Source of the DNA: Bacteriovoracaceae bacterium
Lineage (GTDB): Bacteria > Bdellovibrionota > Bacteriovoracia > Bacteriovoracales > Bacteriovoracaceae
Assembly (NCBI GenBank): GCA_048270185.1
Contig: JBLWTJ010000001.1
Location: 288,001-352,000 of the forward strand
DNA length: 64,000 bases
Direction: 5' to 3'
Shown here: piece after piece, positions 50,322-59,517 of the stretch
How the letters are laid out: each line of letters begins with the position of its first letter
How positions within the stretch are numbered: the stretch's first letter is position 1
Notes under the pieces: model-generated
Told to the model about the DNA's origin: nothing
The model's database searches: none
What the model saw: only the letters and a program-made list of their open reading frames with translations
Translations under genes and position numbers: made by a program

Positions 50322-50479
50322 CGAATACTCTCCTAAATATTTATCTTCAAGAACTATACTATGAAATCACAAGAGCATTCATTCATTTTATATACACACC
50401 CTATAGATTATACAACATATTATATTTGCACAGGGTTTCCTGATATATTCAAAAAAACTTATATTATGAGGAGCCAGTT

Positions 50480-50917
50480 ATGATCAAAATATTATTTGCA
50501 ATAATCGCTTTAAACTTCTCTGTAATGGCCTCAGAAGAGTTAGTCCTTGAAGGTCAGTCTGGATATTTGCCTAAAGGTGAAGTTGAATTTGAACTAATAG
50601 ATGAATCATGTGGATTAGTCCTTGTAGATGGTAAGCACTTTGGAGCCTTCTTAGGTGATCAGCAATACTATTTCACAGATGTAAAGACAATAACTCCACA
50701 ACAAAATCCAAACTTAAAGAGCCCTGTATATATAGGTTCATTTGAAATTGAAGCCAACGATGATTCAAGGCCAGTAAAAACTGTAAAAATCATGGTTAGA
50801 ACTTACGGCAATACACTTGATCCAATCAGAAATATTAATGCTTTTCGAATAGAGCTTTTCGATAAACATAAGAAGTCTTTGGCGGCAGCTCTTTGCGTTG
50901 ATGTAAGCAAGAAGTAA
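50480..50917 (+). CDS. Secreted hypothetical protein
   Basis: GAGGAG RBS, signal peptide and two Cys. Confidence 0.75.
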   Translation: MIKILFAIIALNFSVMASEELVLEGQSGYLPKGEVEFELIDESCGLVLVDGKHFGAFLGDQQYYFTDVKTITPQQNPNLKSPVYIGSFEIEANDDSRPVKTVKIMVRTYGNTLDPIRNINAFRIELFDKHKKSLAAALCVDVSKK

Positions 50918-50922
50918 AAAGC

Positions 50923-51483
50923 CTAGGCAATAAGTCCAATTTTTCGCTCAACACTCTTGTCGTGTAGAAAGAACTTAACTTGCTGCTTATAGAAATCACA
51001 AATAGTTTTTTCCATTTCACTATAGACCTGCTTTTCTAAGTAGGTCTCATACTCTCCTGCTTTAATCTGCATGTCTGTCTTATCTTGGATATATTTAAAG
51101 TAAATCGTGTCTTCAACTTTCTTATAACTAATATCAAATTTAATATTTTCAGCAGGCTGAAGTGTCTTATTAGCGTCGATATGAAGTCGTAAGAGAATTG
51201 AAAAAACCCAGTAACCATTATCAGCAAGTTTTACGGCACCGTGAGGAGTGTACGAAATATCCTCGTCAATTGGTGTATAGAGCTCTTCCTCGCCTTCTAA
51301 TAGCTCAGGATCAACATGGATCGTTTGCACAAGCTTAATAAGATCGTATTCATTTTCTTTTAGGCCTAAGTACTTCTTAAAACCATGGAATAAGACACTT
51401 GCAAATGTCGTGGCATCTTCATGGGCCTTAAAGAAGAGTTCTCGTGATTTCTTATATTCATTACATAGATTGAGGTATGACAT
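50923..51483 (-). CDS. Hypothetical cytoplasmic protein
   Basis: ORF of about 186 aa ending in RKIGL. Start uncertain (51483 or 51510). Confidence 0.65.
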   Translation of the reverse strand: MSYLNLCNEYKKSRELFFKAHEDATTFASVLFHGFKKYLGLKENEYDLIKLVQTIHVDPELLEGEEELYTPIDEDISYTPHGAVKLADNGYWVFSILLRLHIDANKTLQPAENIKFDISYKKVEDTIYFKYIQDKTDMQIKAGEYETYLEKQVYSEMEKTICDFYKQQVKFFLHDKSVERKIGLIA

Positions 51484-51571
51484 AAGGAATAGTTCGGAAT
51501 ACTTACACAAATCAAAAGTTATGATTTCTAAAATAAATCTTTAAGTAGCACAGGTGACGAATAAGAAATTG

Positions 51572-52006
51572 CTATGCAAAAGTGATTGCTAAAACAAAAA
51601 TCAAGATCAAACCAATGACAATCGCTTCAAAGACGTACGTCTTGTTTGTTTCCGGTGCTTTAAACTCACCTGTTAAGCGAAAGTGTGAATCATTAATGTT
51701 ATTTATCACGTATTGAATTTTTCCAAGAGGTGTAAGTCCTGTGAAGTCATAGAGAACTTCTCGATTCTCACAAATGGCCGTGTAAGGAACTCCACGAACA
51801 CCAAAGTTGTCCGCAATCTCAGGACTCTCCATGGTATTGACTTCATAAACATTTATATCGGGATTATTTTCACTTAAGGCCTCAAAGACAGGGGCCATTG
51901 TTTTGCATGGGCCACAAGTATCAGAGTAAAACTTGATAACGAATACACCTTTTTCACTAGATGCAATCGATTCAAAGTTTTCGTTATTCATTTTTTTAAT
52001 ATTCAT
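51572..52006 (-). CDS. Thioredoxin family protein with C-terminal TM anchor
   Basis: KFYSDTCGPCK, cis-Pro GVRGVP and hydrophobic C-terminal tail. Confidence 0.85.
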   Translation of the reverse strand: MNIKKMNNENFESIASSEKGVFVIKFYSDTCGPCKTMAPVFEALSENNPDINVYEVNTMESPEIADNFGVRGVPYTAICENREVLYDFTGLTPLGKIQYVINNINDSHFRLTGEFKAPETNKTYVFEAIVIGLILIFVLAITFA

Positions 52007-53019
52007 TCGACTTCCTTATCTTCCTTATCTCCCTGATCTTCACCAAGATAATTCACAATATTTGCAATCTCATTAATCTTCTCTTTACGGCGCTTGTTAT
52101 AGAGAAAGGTCATACGAGGGTCTGAGTGCCTGGCATAAGTCGCTTGATCCTCAAGGCTTGCGCCATTCTCATAGAGGTTTCCAATCCCTGTAGCACGAGA
52201 TGAGTGCGGTGAGATTCTGTGTTTGATTCCTGCAAGCTTAGCATATTTTTGAAAGATCTGGTCAATTGTGTTTCGGTTTAAAGGCCCAAGCTCATGTGAC
52301 TTTCGACCTGATGTAAAGAGAGGCTCACTCTGCGCAAACTCACGCCTTAAACTAAAGACTTCAATGTAGAATTTAATATCGTTAAAAGTCTCATCAGAGA
52401 GATAGACCTTTTGCTTCTTTCCACCCTTACTTTTTACATGCAGGTAATTGCCAATATTATCGCTGGCGAAGTCCCCTACTTTAAGGCCAATAATTTCAGA
52501 CTTTCTCAGTAAGGTATGGAACATGACTTTTAGAATCGTTAAGTGAAGCACGCCACTTAGATTATAGCTGCCATCCTTATTATGGAGAGTGACACTCTCA
52601 AACATATCCACAACCTCAGAGGCCGAAAGATCATTGGTCTTAACTTCCATAACGACCTTAGGCCTAAAGACACCTGTGGCCGGATTCTTATAGCAAAGCT
52701 CCTTTTCCACTAGGAAATCAAAGAAGCGCTTAATAGAAGAAAGATGCCTTGCTACTGTCGCATCCTTAAGCTCTTCATTCTTTAAAAGATGGTCACGGTA
52801 GGCCGAGATATGGCGTTGGGAAACGTCTGATAGGTTTGAGAAGGTCTCAAATCCCTTTAAAAACGTTAGAAACTTCTTTAGGTCTCTCTTATAAGCATCT
52901 CTGGTATGGATGGAATTGGACTTAGTTAAGAAGTCCTCAAAGATATCATTAATGCGCGCACTTGAACGCCTAGGGCCTACGGCACGAGATCCATTTCTGG
53001 CGTAGCTTACTTCAACCAT
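52003..53019 (-). CDS. XerC/XerD-like tyrosine recombinase
   Basis: N-terminal SAM-like domain (HTRDAYKRDL...ATVARHLSSIKRFFDFL). Catalytic R (LRKSE), K (KGGK), HxxR (HSSR), H (RHSD) and Y (FLY) are all present. Confidence 0.93.
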   Translation of the reverse strand: MVEVSYARNGSRAVGPRRSSARINDIFEDFLTKSNSIHTRDAYKRDLKKFLTFLKGFETFSNLSDVSQRHISAYRDHLLKNEELKDATVARHLSSIKRFFDFLVEKELCYKNPATGVFRPKVVMEVKTNDLSASEVVDMFESVTLHNKDGSYNLSGVLHLTILKVMFHTLLRKSEIIGLKVGDFASDNIGNYLHVKSKGGKKQKVYLSDETFNDIKFYIEVFSLRREFAQSEPLFTSGRKSHELGPLNRNTIDQIFQKYAKLAGIKHRISPHSSRATGIGNLYENGASLEDQATYARHSDPRMTFLYNKRRKEKINEIANIVNYLGEDQGDKEDKEVE

Positions 53020-53630
53020 TACTGGAAAGCCTTTGTGTCACTTGTGTGCTTTAAGCTCTTAGACCATGAATCAAGGGCATCTAATAAGTTCTCCTTAGGC
53101 GAGATAACCCAAGTATTAATCTGTGTGATTTCGGACTTTGTGAATGCCTCTAATAAGTCCTCTTCATCAAACATGAATTCAAAGTGGAGGCGCTTAAAGA
53201 TATGGCGCCCTTTTAAGACACGGGCCTGATAGTGATCAGCTTGCCCAATACGCCCATGTTTCTTATTTGATATAAGTAATTCCGTATCGGCGATAATTTG
53301 ATCAAAGAGATTTCTAAGCTTTGTAAGAAGCCTCTTTTTGCGAATTAACTCCTTATCATAGTTTTCAACTAGGGCCTTGAGGATGGTTCCAAGCCCTGGC
53401 TTCTTACGTGTTATCTTTGAGGCCACAAGATCATAGGCCCATGATAGATACTTATTCTTAATCATAAGGGTCTTATGGATAACATTATCATCTATGTGTT
53501 TACTTGCGTATTCACTCACAGAGCTTCCCTGAGAGAGAATAATCATATCGTATTCGTCGTACTTAGGTGCTTCAATTAATGGTGTGGATGCTTGAGATGT
53601 CCTTCCAGACAGTGATCTAAGCTGTGTCAT
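53019..53630 (-). CDS. Hypothetical protein translationally coupled to the recombinase
   Basis: AGGAG RBS before MTQLRS and a TAATG overlap with the recombinase start. Confidence 0.75.
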   Translation of the reverse strand: MTQLRSLSGRTSQASTPLIEAPKYDEYDMIILSQGSSVSEYASKHIDDNVIHKTLMIKNKYLSWAYDLVASKITRKKPGLGTILKALVENYDKELIRKKRLLTKLRNLFDQIIADTELLISNKKHGRIGQADHYQARVLKGRHIFKRLHFEFMFDEEDLLEAFTKSEITQINTWVISPKENLLDALDSWSKSLKHTSDTKAFQ

Positions 53631-53711
53631 AACCGCTCCTTGGTTATATATTATTTTATCAAACACATGGGTCATTTATCAATTTTTCCCCACGTAAGAT
53701 TTTAAAAATTA

Positions 53712-53745
53712 ATATCTAGGCATAACTCCAATTATGCCTAGATAT
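53712..53745. other. Palindromic dif-like recombinase site / operator
   Basis: ATATCTAGGCATAA-CTCCAA-TTATGCCTAGATAT has 14-bp arms and a 6-bp spacer. The CATAA-N6-TTATG core matches bacterial dif. Confidence 0.65.
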
Positions 53746-53795
53746 ATTATATGTTAGTTATAAAATGAAAACATGTCATGTTTTTAAGAGTGAAA

Positions 53796-54311
53796 TTAAG
53801 CGGACATATCTAAGTCATTTACTTCAATTTCATTTAGTGATTGTTTCTCATAGGCATCAAAAGTCATTTCAATACTTTTTTCACTTAATCGATCAAGTCT
53901 TGGATGAAGAAAGGCTGTCAGGCCAATACTTGCTAAGTATGAAACCACAAAGAGTTCGACAGAAATTCCATTAGCGATATAGCCCATGAAGCCTAAGATA
54001 ATCACGGCCTGAGCAAAGGCCCATGATGAAACCCAGCCAGTAAAGACTTCATTGCGATAGACTTCATAAGAGCGGCCATATTTAAGAGTTTTAGTAACGA
54101 TTCTTTCGTCATTGAATAAAATAAAAAAGTAAACAAGTGAAAGAGACGCTGGAGCAAGACTTAGGATTTGAAAATTTGCTGTGATATCGGGATTATTTCC
54201 ACCTTCGATAATTCCACCGACAACCATGTAGAAGAGAAATGTTTGGGTAATTAGCATCGAGGCATATACAAGCTTAGTCATAAATTTCACGTGTCCAATA
54301 TTTCCATTCAT
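53796..54311 (-). CDS. Hypothetical membrane protein (about 4 TM)
   Basis: GGGGGAG RBS and four hydrophobic segments. Confidence 0.75.
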   Translation of the reverse strand: MNGNIGHVKFMTKLVYASMLITQTFLFYMVVGGIIEGGNNPDITANFQILSLAPASLSLVYFFILFNDERIVTKTLKYGRSYEVYRNEVFTGWVSSWAFAQAVIILGFMGYIANGISVELFVVSYLASIGLTAFLHPRLDRLSEKSIEMTFDAYEKQSLNEIEVNDLDMSA

Positions 54312-54477
54312 TCGTCTCTCCCCCGCCTTTATTGTTTCGTGTTCATCAACAATTATTAGGGAGAGTCTAGGTTATCTCCTAGTAAAATGATTATTCATTA
54401 ATTCCAGTGACTTATCTCTGCAATCTTTAGTTGATCAAAGATAGTGGATATTACCTTTTAAAAACAAATACTTAGCT

Positions 54478-54504
54478 TAAGAAAACCTTAACAATTTCCG
54501 ATAA
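54478..54504 (+). promoter_or_regulatory. Sigma28/FliA-like promoter
   Basis: TAAG-N15-TCCGATAA about 125 bp upstream of the BspA-like gene. Confidence 0.5.
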
Positions 54505-54629
54505 TTAAGCTGAGGTCAATAAAATATAATGCCTCATATAATTGCTACTTTATAAGTTAGCTCTCCCTTTAAATTATTGATATAGGGCCAAGTTAACTTT
54601 CTTTCGATTACCGGGGATATGATTTGAGA

Positions 54630-56723
54630 ATGACGAGGATATTACTTTTAATTTCAACATTATTTCTAATTACTGCTTGCGGAAAGAAGGCTTCAACTAA
54701 TGCAACGATCAGCATCGTTTCGGGCCTTTCAAGTGTAACGACTCTCTTTGCCGGTGGCGCTCATCTCTTTGCCACAAATTCTGATACTGGTGTTAAGCGA
54801 TCGATTGAGTTAACTGATACGACAATGGATATCGAATTTGATAACGGGACTTGGGATTTATCTTTCTATGCGTGGGATGATCCGAATATGGGAAGTATGC
54901 CATATTGTAATAAGATGACAGGTGTTGTTCTTGATGGAGCGGCAATTGAGCTAAGTGTTTCGATGCTTCAAGATGCTTCTTGTCAGCTAACAAGTAATAT
55001 CAATCTTCACTCTCCAGTTATGGGTGCAACAATTCCAATTGTTATGCCGGCCTCATCGATTAAGGTACATCTTCTAAATTACGATTCAGCTCCAAAGCAT
55101 AGTTTTGGAATGAAGCCGGGCCTAAATTTTTCAAGTCACAATATCTGCGTTGGTGACACTGGACTTACAGTAAACGATCCTCTAGATGTTGGAACTTATC
55201 TTCAAAATATTCCAGAAGAAAATGCTCCTTTCTACATTGAGGTCTTTGACGGTGTAGCCGATTGTTCTGGCTCAACAACTCGTGAATACTTCTCTCCAAC
55301 AGGTATATATACCGTAGCCGGCGACCTTACGGCAGATCTTTACCAGATTCCGCTTACTGACTTTATCTTTACTGTAAAAGTTCTTGTTGGGGGAAATTCA
55401 TTTGTCGCTCCAGTTAAGTCTGGTGGGACATATAACTTCACGATTGATTATGGTGATGGCTCAGCAAGTGAGACTATCGTCTCAGATGCTCCAGCGGGAC
55501 ATACTTACTCTGCGACAGGACAGCATCTCGTTCGAATCTCTGGGGAAATGAGTGGAGTTGAAGTTGCAGATAATGCAAATATGTATGTTGAGAATGTTAT
55601 GAACCTTGGGGACACCAAAACTCAGGATTATTCTGGTGCATTTCATGGACTATCCAATTCGGGAGTAAATCTTAATAGTATAGCAGGCGGATTCACTTCC
55701 TCAGCAACAGATATGTCAATATTTCTCCGCTTTCTTGGCCTTCTGACAAGGGTCGATTTGTCTAGTTTTGATACTTCAAATGTGACTTCAATGAGCGGCA
55801 TGTTTGCATCATCAAACGCTATCACACACTTAAACCTTAAAAACTTTAACACTAGTAAAGTTACAGACATGACTTCGATGTTCAATTATTGTCAATCACT
55901 AGAAGAAATAAACGTAAGCTCATTTGATACTACAAATGTAACAAATATGACCAATATGTTTAAGGATACGGTTAGCCTGACAAGCCTGGATCTTAGTTCC
56001 TTTAAAACACCAAATTTAACGTCAATGCATTACATGTTTAGAAATACAACTAGTTTAACTGATTTAGACATTAGTAACTTTGAAACTTCCAGTGTTACAA
56101 GTATGCTTGGTGCATTTGAGCAAGCAACAAGTCTAACAAGCCTAGACTTAAGTCACTTCGATACTTCAAGTCTTACAAATATGAGTGGTATGTTTTCCGG
56201 AGCGACTAATTTAACGAATCTGAATATAAGCAGCTTTGATACATCTAATGTGACAATTATGACTAGTTTGTTTGCTGGTACATCTTCATTAACAAGCCTT
56301 GATCTTAGTCATTTCAATACTTCAAATGTTACAACAATGGCGTCTATGTTCAAAGATATGACTAATTTAACAAGCTTGAATGTTAGTAGCTTTGATACTT
56401 CATTAGTAACAAATATGGCTTATATGTTTTCAGGGGCACAAAGCTTAACATTTCTAAATACACCTTTTGATACAACTAATGTAACTAATATGGCCTATAT
56501 GTTTAGCGATATGACTTCCTTAAATGCAATCGATTTTTCTTCATTTGATTACTCAAGCGTTACGGATATGTCATACTTTCTAAGTGGATCTCCTGTTACT
56601 ACAATCCAAGATTCCGGAACAAATTATAATGCTCCAGTTCTTATGAGTTCAACTTCGCTAATAGACAGTGGAACATGTACATATGATTATACATATCCAA
56701 CGCTGACATTTTCCTGTCCTTAG
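54630..56723 (+). CDS. BspA/DUF285-type surface lipoprotein with PKD-like domain and 26-residue repeats
   Basis: Lipobox LITAC, IDYGDG...HTY (PKD-like), and repeats LT.LDLSSFDTSNVT.M..MF. Confidence 0.88.
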   Translation: MTRILLLISTLFLITACGKKASTNATISIVSGLSSVTTLFAGGAHLFATNSDTGVKRSIELTDTTMDIEFDNGTWDLSFYAWDDPNMGSMPYCNKMTGVVLDGAAIELSVSMLQDASCQLTSNINLHSPVMGATIPIVMPASSIKVHLLNYDSAPKHSFGMKPGLNFSSHNICVGDTGLTVNDPLDVGTYLQNIPEENAPFYIEVFDGVADCSGSTTREYFSPTGIYTVAGDLTADLYQIPLTDFIFTVKVLVGGNSFVAPVKSGGTYNFTIDYGDGSASETIVSDAPAGHTYSATGQHLVRISGEMSGVEVADNANMYVENVMNLGDTKTQDYSGAFHGLSNSGVNLNSIAGGFTSSATDMSIFLRFLGLLTRVDLSSFDTSNVTSMSGMFASSNAITHLNLKNFNTSKVTDMTSMFNYCQSLEEINVSSFDTTNVTNMTNMFKDTVSLTSLDLSSFKTPNLTSMHYMFRNTTSLTDLDISNFETSSVTSMLGAFEQATSLTSLDLSHFDTSSLTNMSGMFSGATNLTNLNISSFDTSNVTIMTSLFAGTSSLTSLDLSHFNTSNVTTMASMFKDMTNLTSLNVSSFDTSLVTNMAYMFSGAQSLTFLNTPFDTTNVTNMAYMFSDMTSLNAIDFSSFDYSSVTDMSYFLSGSPVTTIQDSGTNYNAPVLMSSTSLIDSGTCTYDYTYPTLTFSCP
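55740..56580 (+). repeat. About 11 tandem 26-aa (78-bp) surface-protein repeats
   Basis: Periodic F(D/N)TS.VT.M..MF motif in translation. Confidence 0.88.
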
Positions 56724-56732
56724 GCGTGCCTA

Positions 56733-57281
56733 TCAAACATCCTGATCACTCGGAATCGACAAAACCTGCGACTCAAAGGGATCACTGATATTGATAAAGT
56801 AGTAGCACTTATTATTATCAAGCATAAATCCATGAGGTGATTTTTCAGACATCTGAATACGCCATCCTGATGCTAATATCGGCACATCAACTTTAAAGAG
56901 ATTTTCTTCTAGGTCATAGTAGAAATTCACAAGTGTCACCTTGAGGTAGCGTTGATCGCGGGAGAGTTCACTAACATGGGCAATACTGAAAGAATAGATC
57001 GTTCCCATGGGCTGCACCCCCTTTAAAAGGGCCGAATGCTCTGGGATAGCATGGTAGTAGAAGGCCCGCTCAAAATCCTTAATACACTTAAAAGATGTAG
57101 AATTGCGCTGTCCTATATTATCAAGATTCTCCTTGGCCTTAATGCCGCGCTCGTGCCACTGGTCAGATAAAGCTGCTGACTTTGAAGATGGATTACGTGC
57201 TTCTTTGGACTTGTCATTACTTGAACAAGAGAACGCACTGAAAATAAAAATCGTAAATAGAATGAAGAGGGCCTTAAGCAT
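56733..57281 (-). CDS. Hypothetical lipoprotein
   Basis: Lipobox-like AFSC followed by ARNPSS. Confidence 0.7.
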   Translation of the reverse strand: MLKALFILFTIFIFSAFSCSSNDKSKEARNPSSKSAALSDQWHERGIKAKENLDNIGQRNSTSFKCIKDFERAFYYHAIPEHSALLKGVQPMGTIYSFSIAHVSELSRDQRYLKVTLVNFYYDLEENLFKVDVPILASGWRIQMSEKSPHGFMLDNNKCYYFINISDPFESQVLSIPSDQDV

Positions 57282-57342
57282 AGAAGACTTCTCGGTGAGA
57301 AATTCTATCTTCTGGACTGGCTTAGGCCCTTCTTAAGAAAAC

Positions 57343-57726
57343 TTAATAAACTGAGCTAAAACATGAAAGCTCAAATGAGCGAGTGTAATTATCGCTTAAG
57401 CGAGTAAGTACAAGCTCAACTGGTAAGTAACTTGTCGCCTTACCAATGAATTCAGTTGGAATATTAATTAATTCTCTAATTGGCCCTTCCTTTGTTTCAT
57501 AAGTATGAACTTCATCATTCACACCAACAAAGAAGAGATCTTTTAAAATTCTGTGCTCATCAGGAAGATGCACACCATTAGTTGCAAAGTAAGTTGAATC
57601 ATCACCATTTAAATTGATAACAAAACCGTTTGTTGAATAAGAATCTGCTTCAGAACATTGAATATACTGACGTGCGCTTACAGACACAGAAAGTAGAAGT
57701 CCTAGAACGACTAAGATATTTCTCAT
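57343..57726 (-). CDS. Small secreted hypothetical protein
   Basis: GGGGGA RBS, signal peptide, and an N-terminal and C-terminal Cys pair. Confidence 0.75.
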   Translation of the reverse strand: MRNILVVLGLLLSVSVSARQYIQCSEADSYSTNGFVINLNGDDSTYFATNGVHLPDEHRILKDLFFVGVNDEVHTYETKEGPIRELINIPTEFIGKATSYLPVELVLTRLSDNYTRSFELSCFSSVY

Positions 57727-57794
57727 ATAAATTCCCCCTATCGAATTTAAAATTAAAAAATCCTATGAGGGAGAGTTTGATATGTCAAACTAAA

Positions 57795-59411
57795 TTATAA
57801 TTCTTTGGTCAGATCCCACAACTTGGCACGACGTGAAATATACTTATTATCCTTATCGAGATGATCATTGAGATAGAGGTCTGTCACTAAGGCCTTAATT
57901 GCATCCTTAACATTGTCCGCGTAGTAGTCATTGTACTCGTCCTTATCAAGTCTTTTAGCTCTAAGACTATCAATCGTTTTAGGAAGCTCATTTTCAAGGT
58001 TCTTAAGTGTTAATTCAAGATCTCTTACTACATAGGCATCATAGATTGCCGAAGCAATGAAGCGCCCCTCAGGAAGTTTACGATATTCTTCGCTACTTTT
58101 TAAATCCTTGTCATTATCAACATCATTAAGCATTTTGTTAACCTTTGTAATCTTAGGGTCTTCTTCGTCAATTCCGACTTTAATCATCGATGCAATATGA
58201 TGCCCAATAGGATTAAAATAAGAAGAATTAGTCATGGCAATATAAGCATGGCCCACTTGATTTTCAGGATTTTCATTATTAAATTCAGTTACAGCGGCTC
58301 GAAAATTCTTAGATAAATAGGCCTTACCAGTATAGTCTCGTAGAACTTCAAGGTAGTCTTCTGTAATACCGCCAATATGTTCAGTATCACATGCACGACA
58401 AGCGGCCTTAACACGTTCCTCTTCCTTCTTATCATCTTCACTAGGATCATCATAAGATAGACAACAATCCTCACAAGGATAAGCATATTCAACTCCGTGA
58501 TAATGAACATGCCCTAAATTGTGAATTTGCTCATGAAAGAGTGTTTTTCTTAGTTCTTGCTTTCGCTGCTTAACTTCATCTTTTGATAGACCGCTTGCTG
58601 GGTCTCCAGGATTAACAGAGATATAGGGATGAGAAACTTTTCCATCTAAGATCTTTTCAGAGTCAGGGCCTGCAGATGCATGCGCATATACACCAGTCCA
58701 TGACAGATAGTCTGTTTCAGAACAAACAACTGTAACATTGTTTTTACTCAAGAGACTTTCTAGATCATGGGCCAAAGTCTTTGCACCATTACCTTTCAGA
58801 TTTTTAAGACATGAGATTCCAGTAAAGATTGACTCTTTTAGGAATTCTGGAAAATTCGCTCCCCAATTATTTATACATTGAGGGTCAATTTCATAACCGA
58901 AGCTTGTTGGAATAAAGCCACCTACAGCATTAGCAGCAATCGAAGACATCAGAATTGAAAACTTATCAATAGACTCTGTTCCAAATGAATATTCCTTATG
59001 AGTACAGTCACTATTTTGAATCAAGTCATAATGGTTCTTATATTCGATTTCATATTTCCCATCGTGATCCTTATCTATCTGGATCTTTACTTGTACTTTT
59101 TGTTTATCTCGTATTGATAACTTATGAGTTTCAATGCGATCAAATTTTTTATCACTATTTGTATCAACATAGATTCTCTTAATGGTTCCAGGAATTTTAT
59201 ACTTTGTAATTCTCTCAAAATATCCATCAACATTGCGATCTTCATGCAATTCAAAAAGCGTCTTATGCTCTTTATCAAGATAGACTTCAATTCGATCAGC
59301 TTTACCATCCTTATTGATATCGATATTTTTACGAAATAACTTACGTGGAGACTCTCCAAAAGAAGAGAGGGCAAAGCTTGAGATGAGAAATAATGGAATG
59401 AACGATTTCAT
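57795..59411 (-). CDS. Secreted protein with Ca-binding Dx(N/D)xDG repeats and HEXXH zinc motif
   Basis: DINKDG, DRNVDG, DTNSDK and DKDHDG repeats, FHEQIHNLGH, and a Cys cluster. Confidence 0.7.
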   Translation of the reverse strand: MKSFIPLFLISSFALSSFGESPRKLFRKNIDINKDGKADRIEVYLDKEHKTLFELHEDRNVDGYFERITKYKIPGTIKRIYVDTNSDKKFDRIETHKLSIRDKQKVQVKIQIDKDHDGKYEIEYKNHYDLIQNSDCTHKEYSFGTESIDKFSILMSSIAANAVGGFIPTSFGYEIDPQCINNWGANFPEFLKESIFTGISCLKNLKGNGAKTLAHDLESLLSKNNVTVVCSETDYLSWTGVYAHASAGPDSEKILDGKVSHPYISVNPGDPASGLSKDEVKQRKQELRKTLFHEQIHNLGHVHYHGVEYAYPCEDCCLSYDDPSEDDKKEEERVKAACRACDTEHIGGITEDYLEVLRDYTGKAYLSKNFRAAVTEFNNENPENQVGHAYIAMTNSSYFNPIGHHIASMIKVGIDEEDPKITKVNKMLNDVDNDKDLKSSEEYRKLPEGRFIASAIYDAYVVRDLELTLKNLENELPKTIDSLRAKRLDKDEYNDYYADNVKDAIKALVTDLYLNDHLDKDNKYISRRAKLWDLTKEL

Positions 59412-59517
59412 TTCAATAGTTTAGCATAATTATTATACCTAGAAGCTTGGGCAGAAATGTTCAAACAATGGAATTTCAGAAGCTTATGCTATAATTTTCT
59501 TAAAGGATAGGAATATA

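Noticed and set aside
46745..53019. Integron interpretation of the recombinase plus a run of small genes
   Set aside because: Genes are in mixed orientation, I saw no repeated attC-like RYYYAAC...GTTRRRY elements, and there is no evident IntI-specific insertion.
52003..53675. Prophage or ICE
   Set aside because: No structural, replication, conjugation or tRNA attachment features in the window.
55740..56580. CRISPR-like periodicity
   Set aside because: These are degenerate in-frame 78-bp coding repeats, not identical repeats with unique spacers, and no cas genes are present.
57774..57791. AGTTTGA-TATG-TCAAACT palindrome
   Set aside because: Short and AT-rich with no U-tract. I cannot distinguish an operator from chance.
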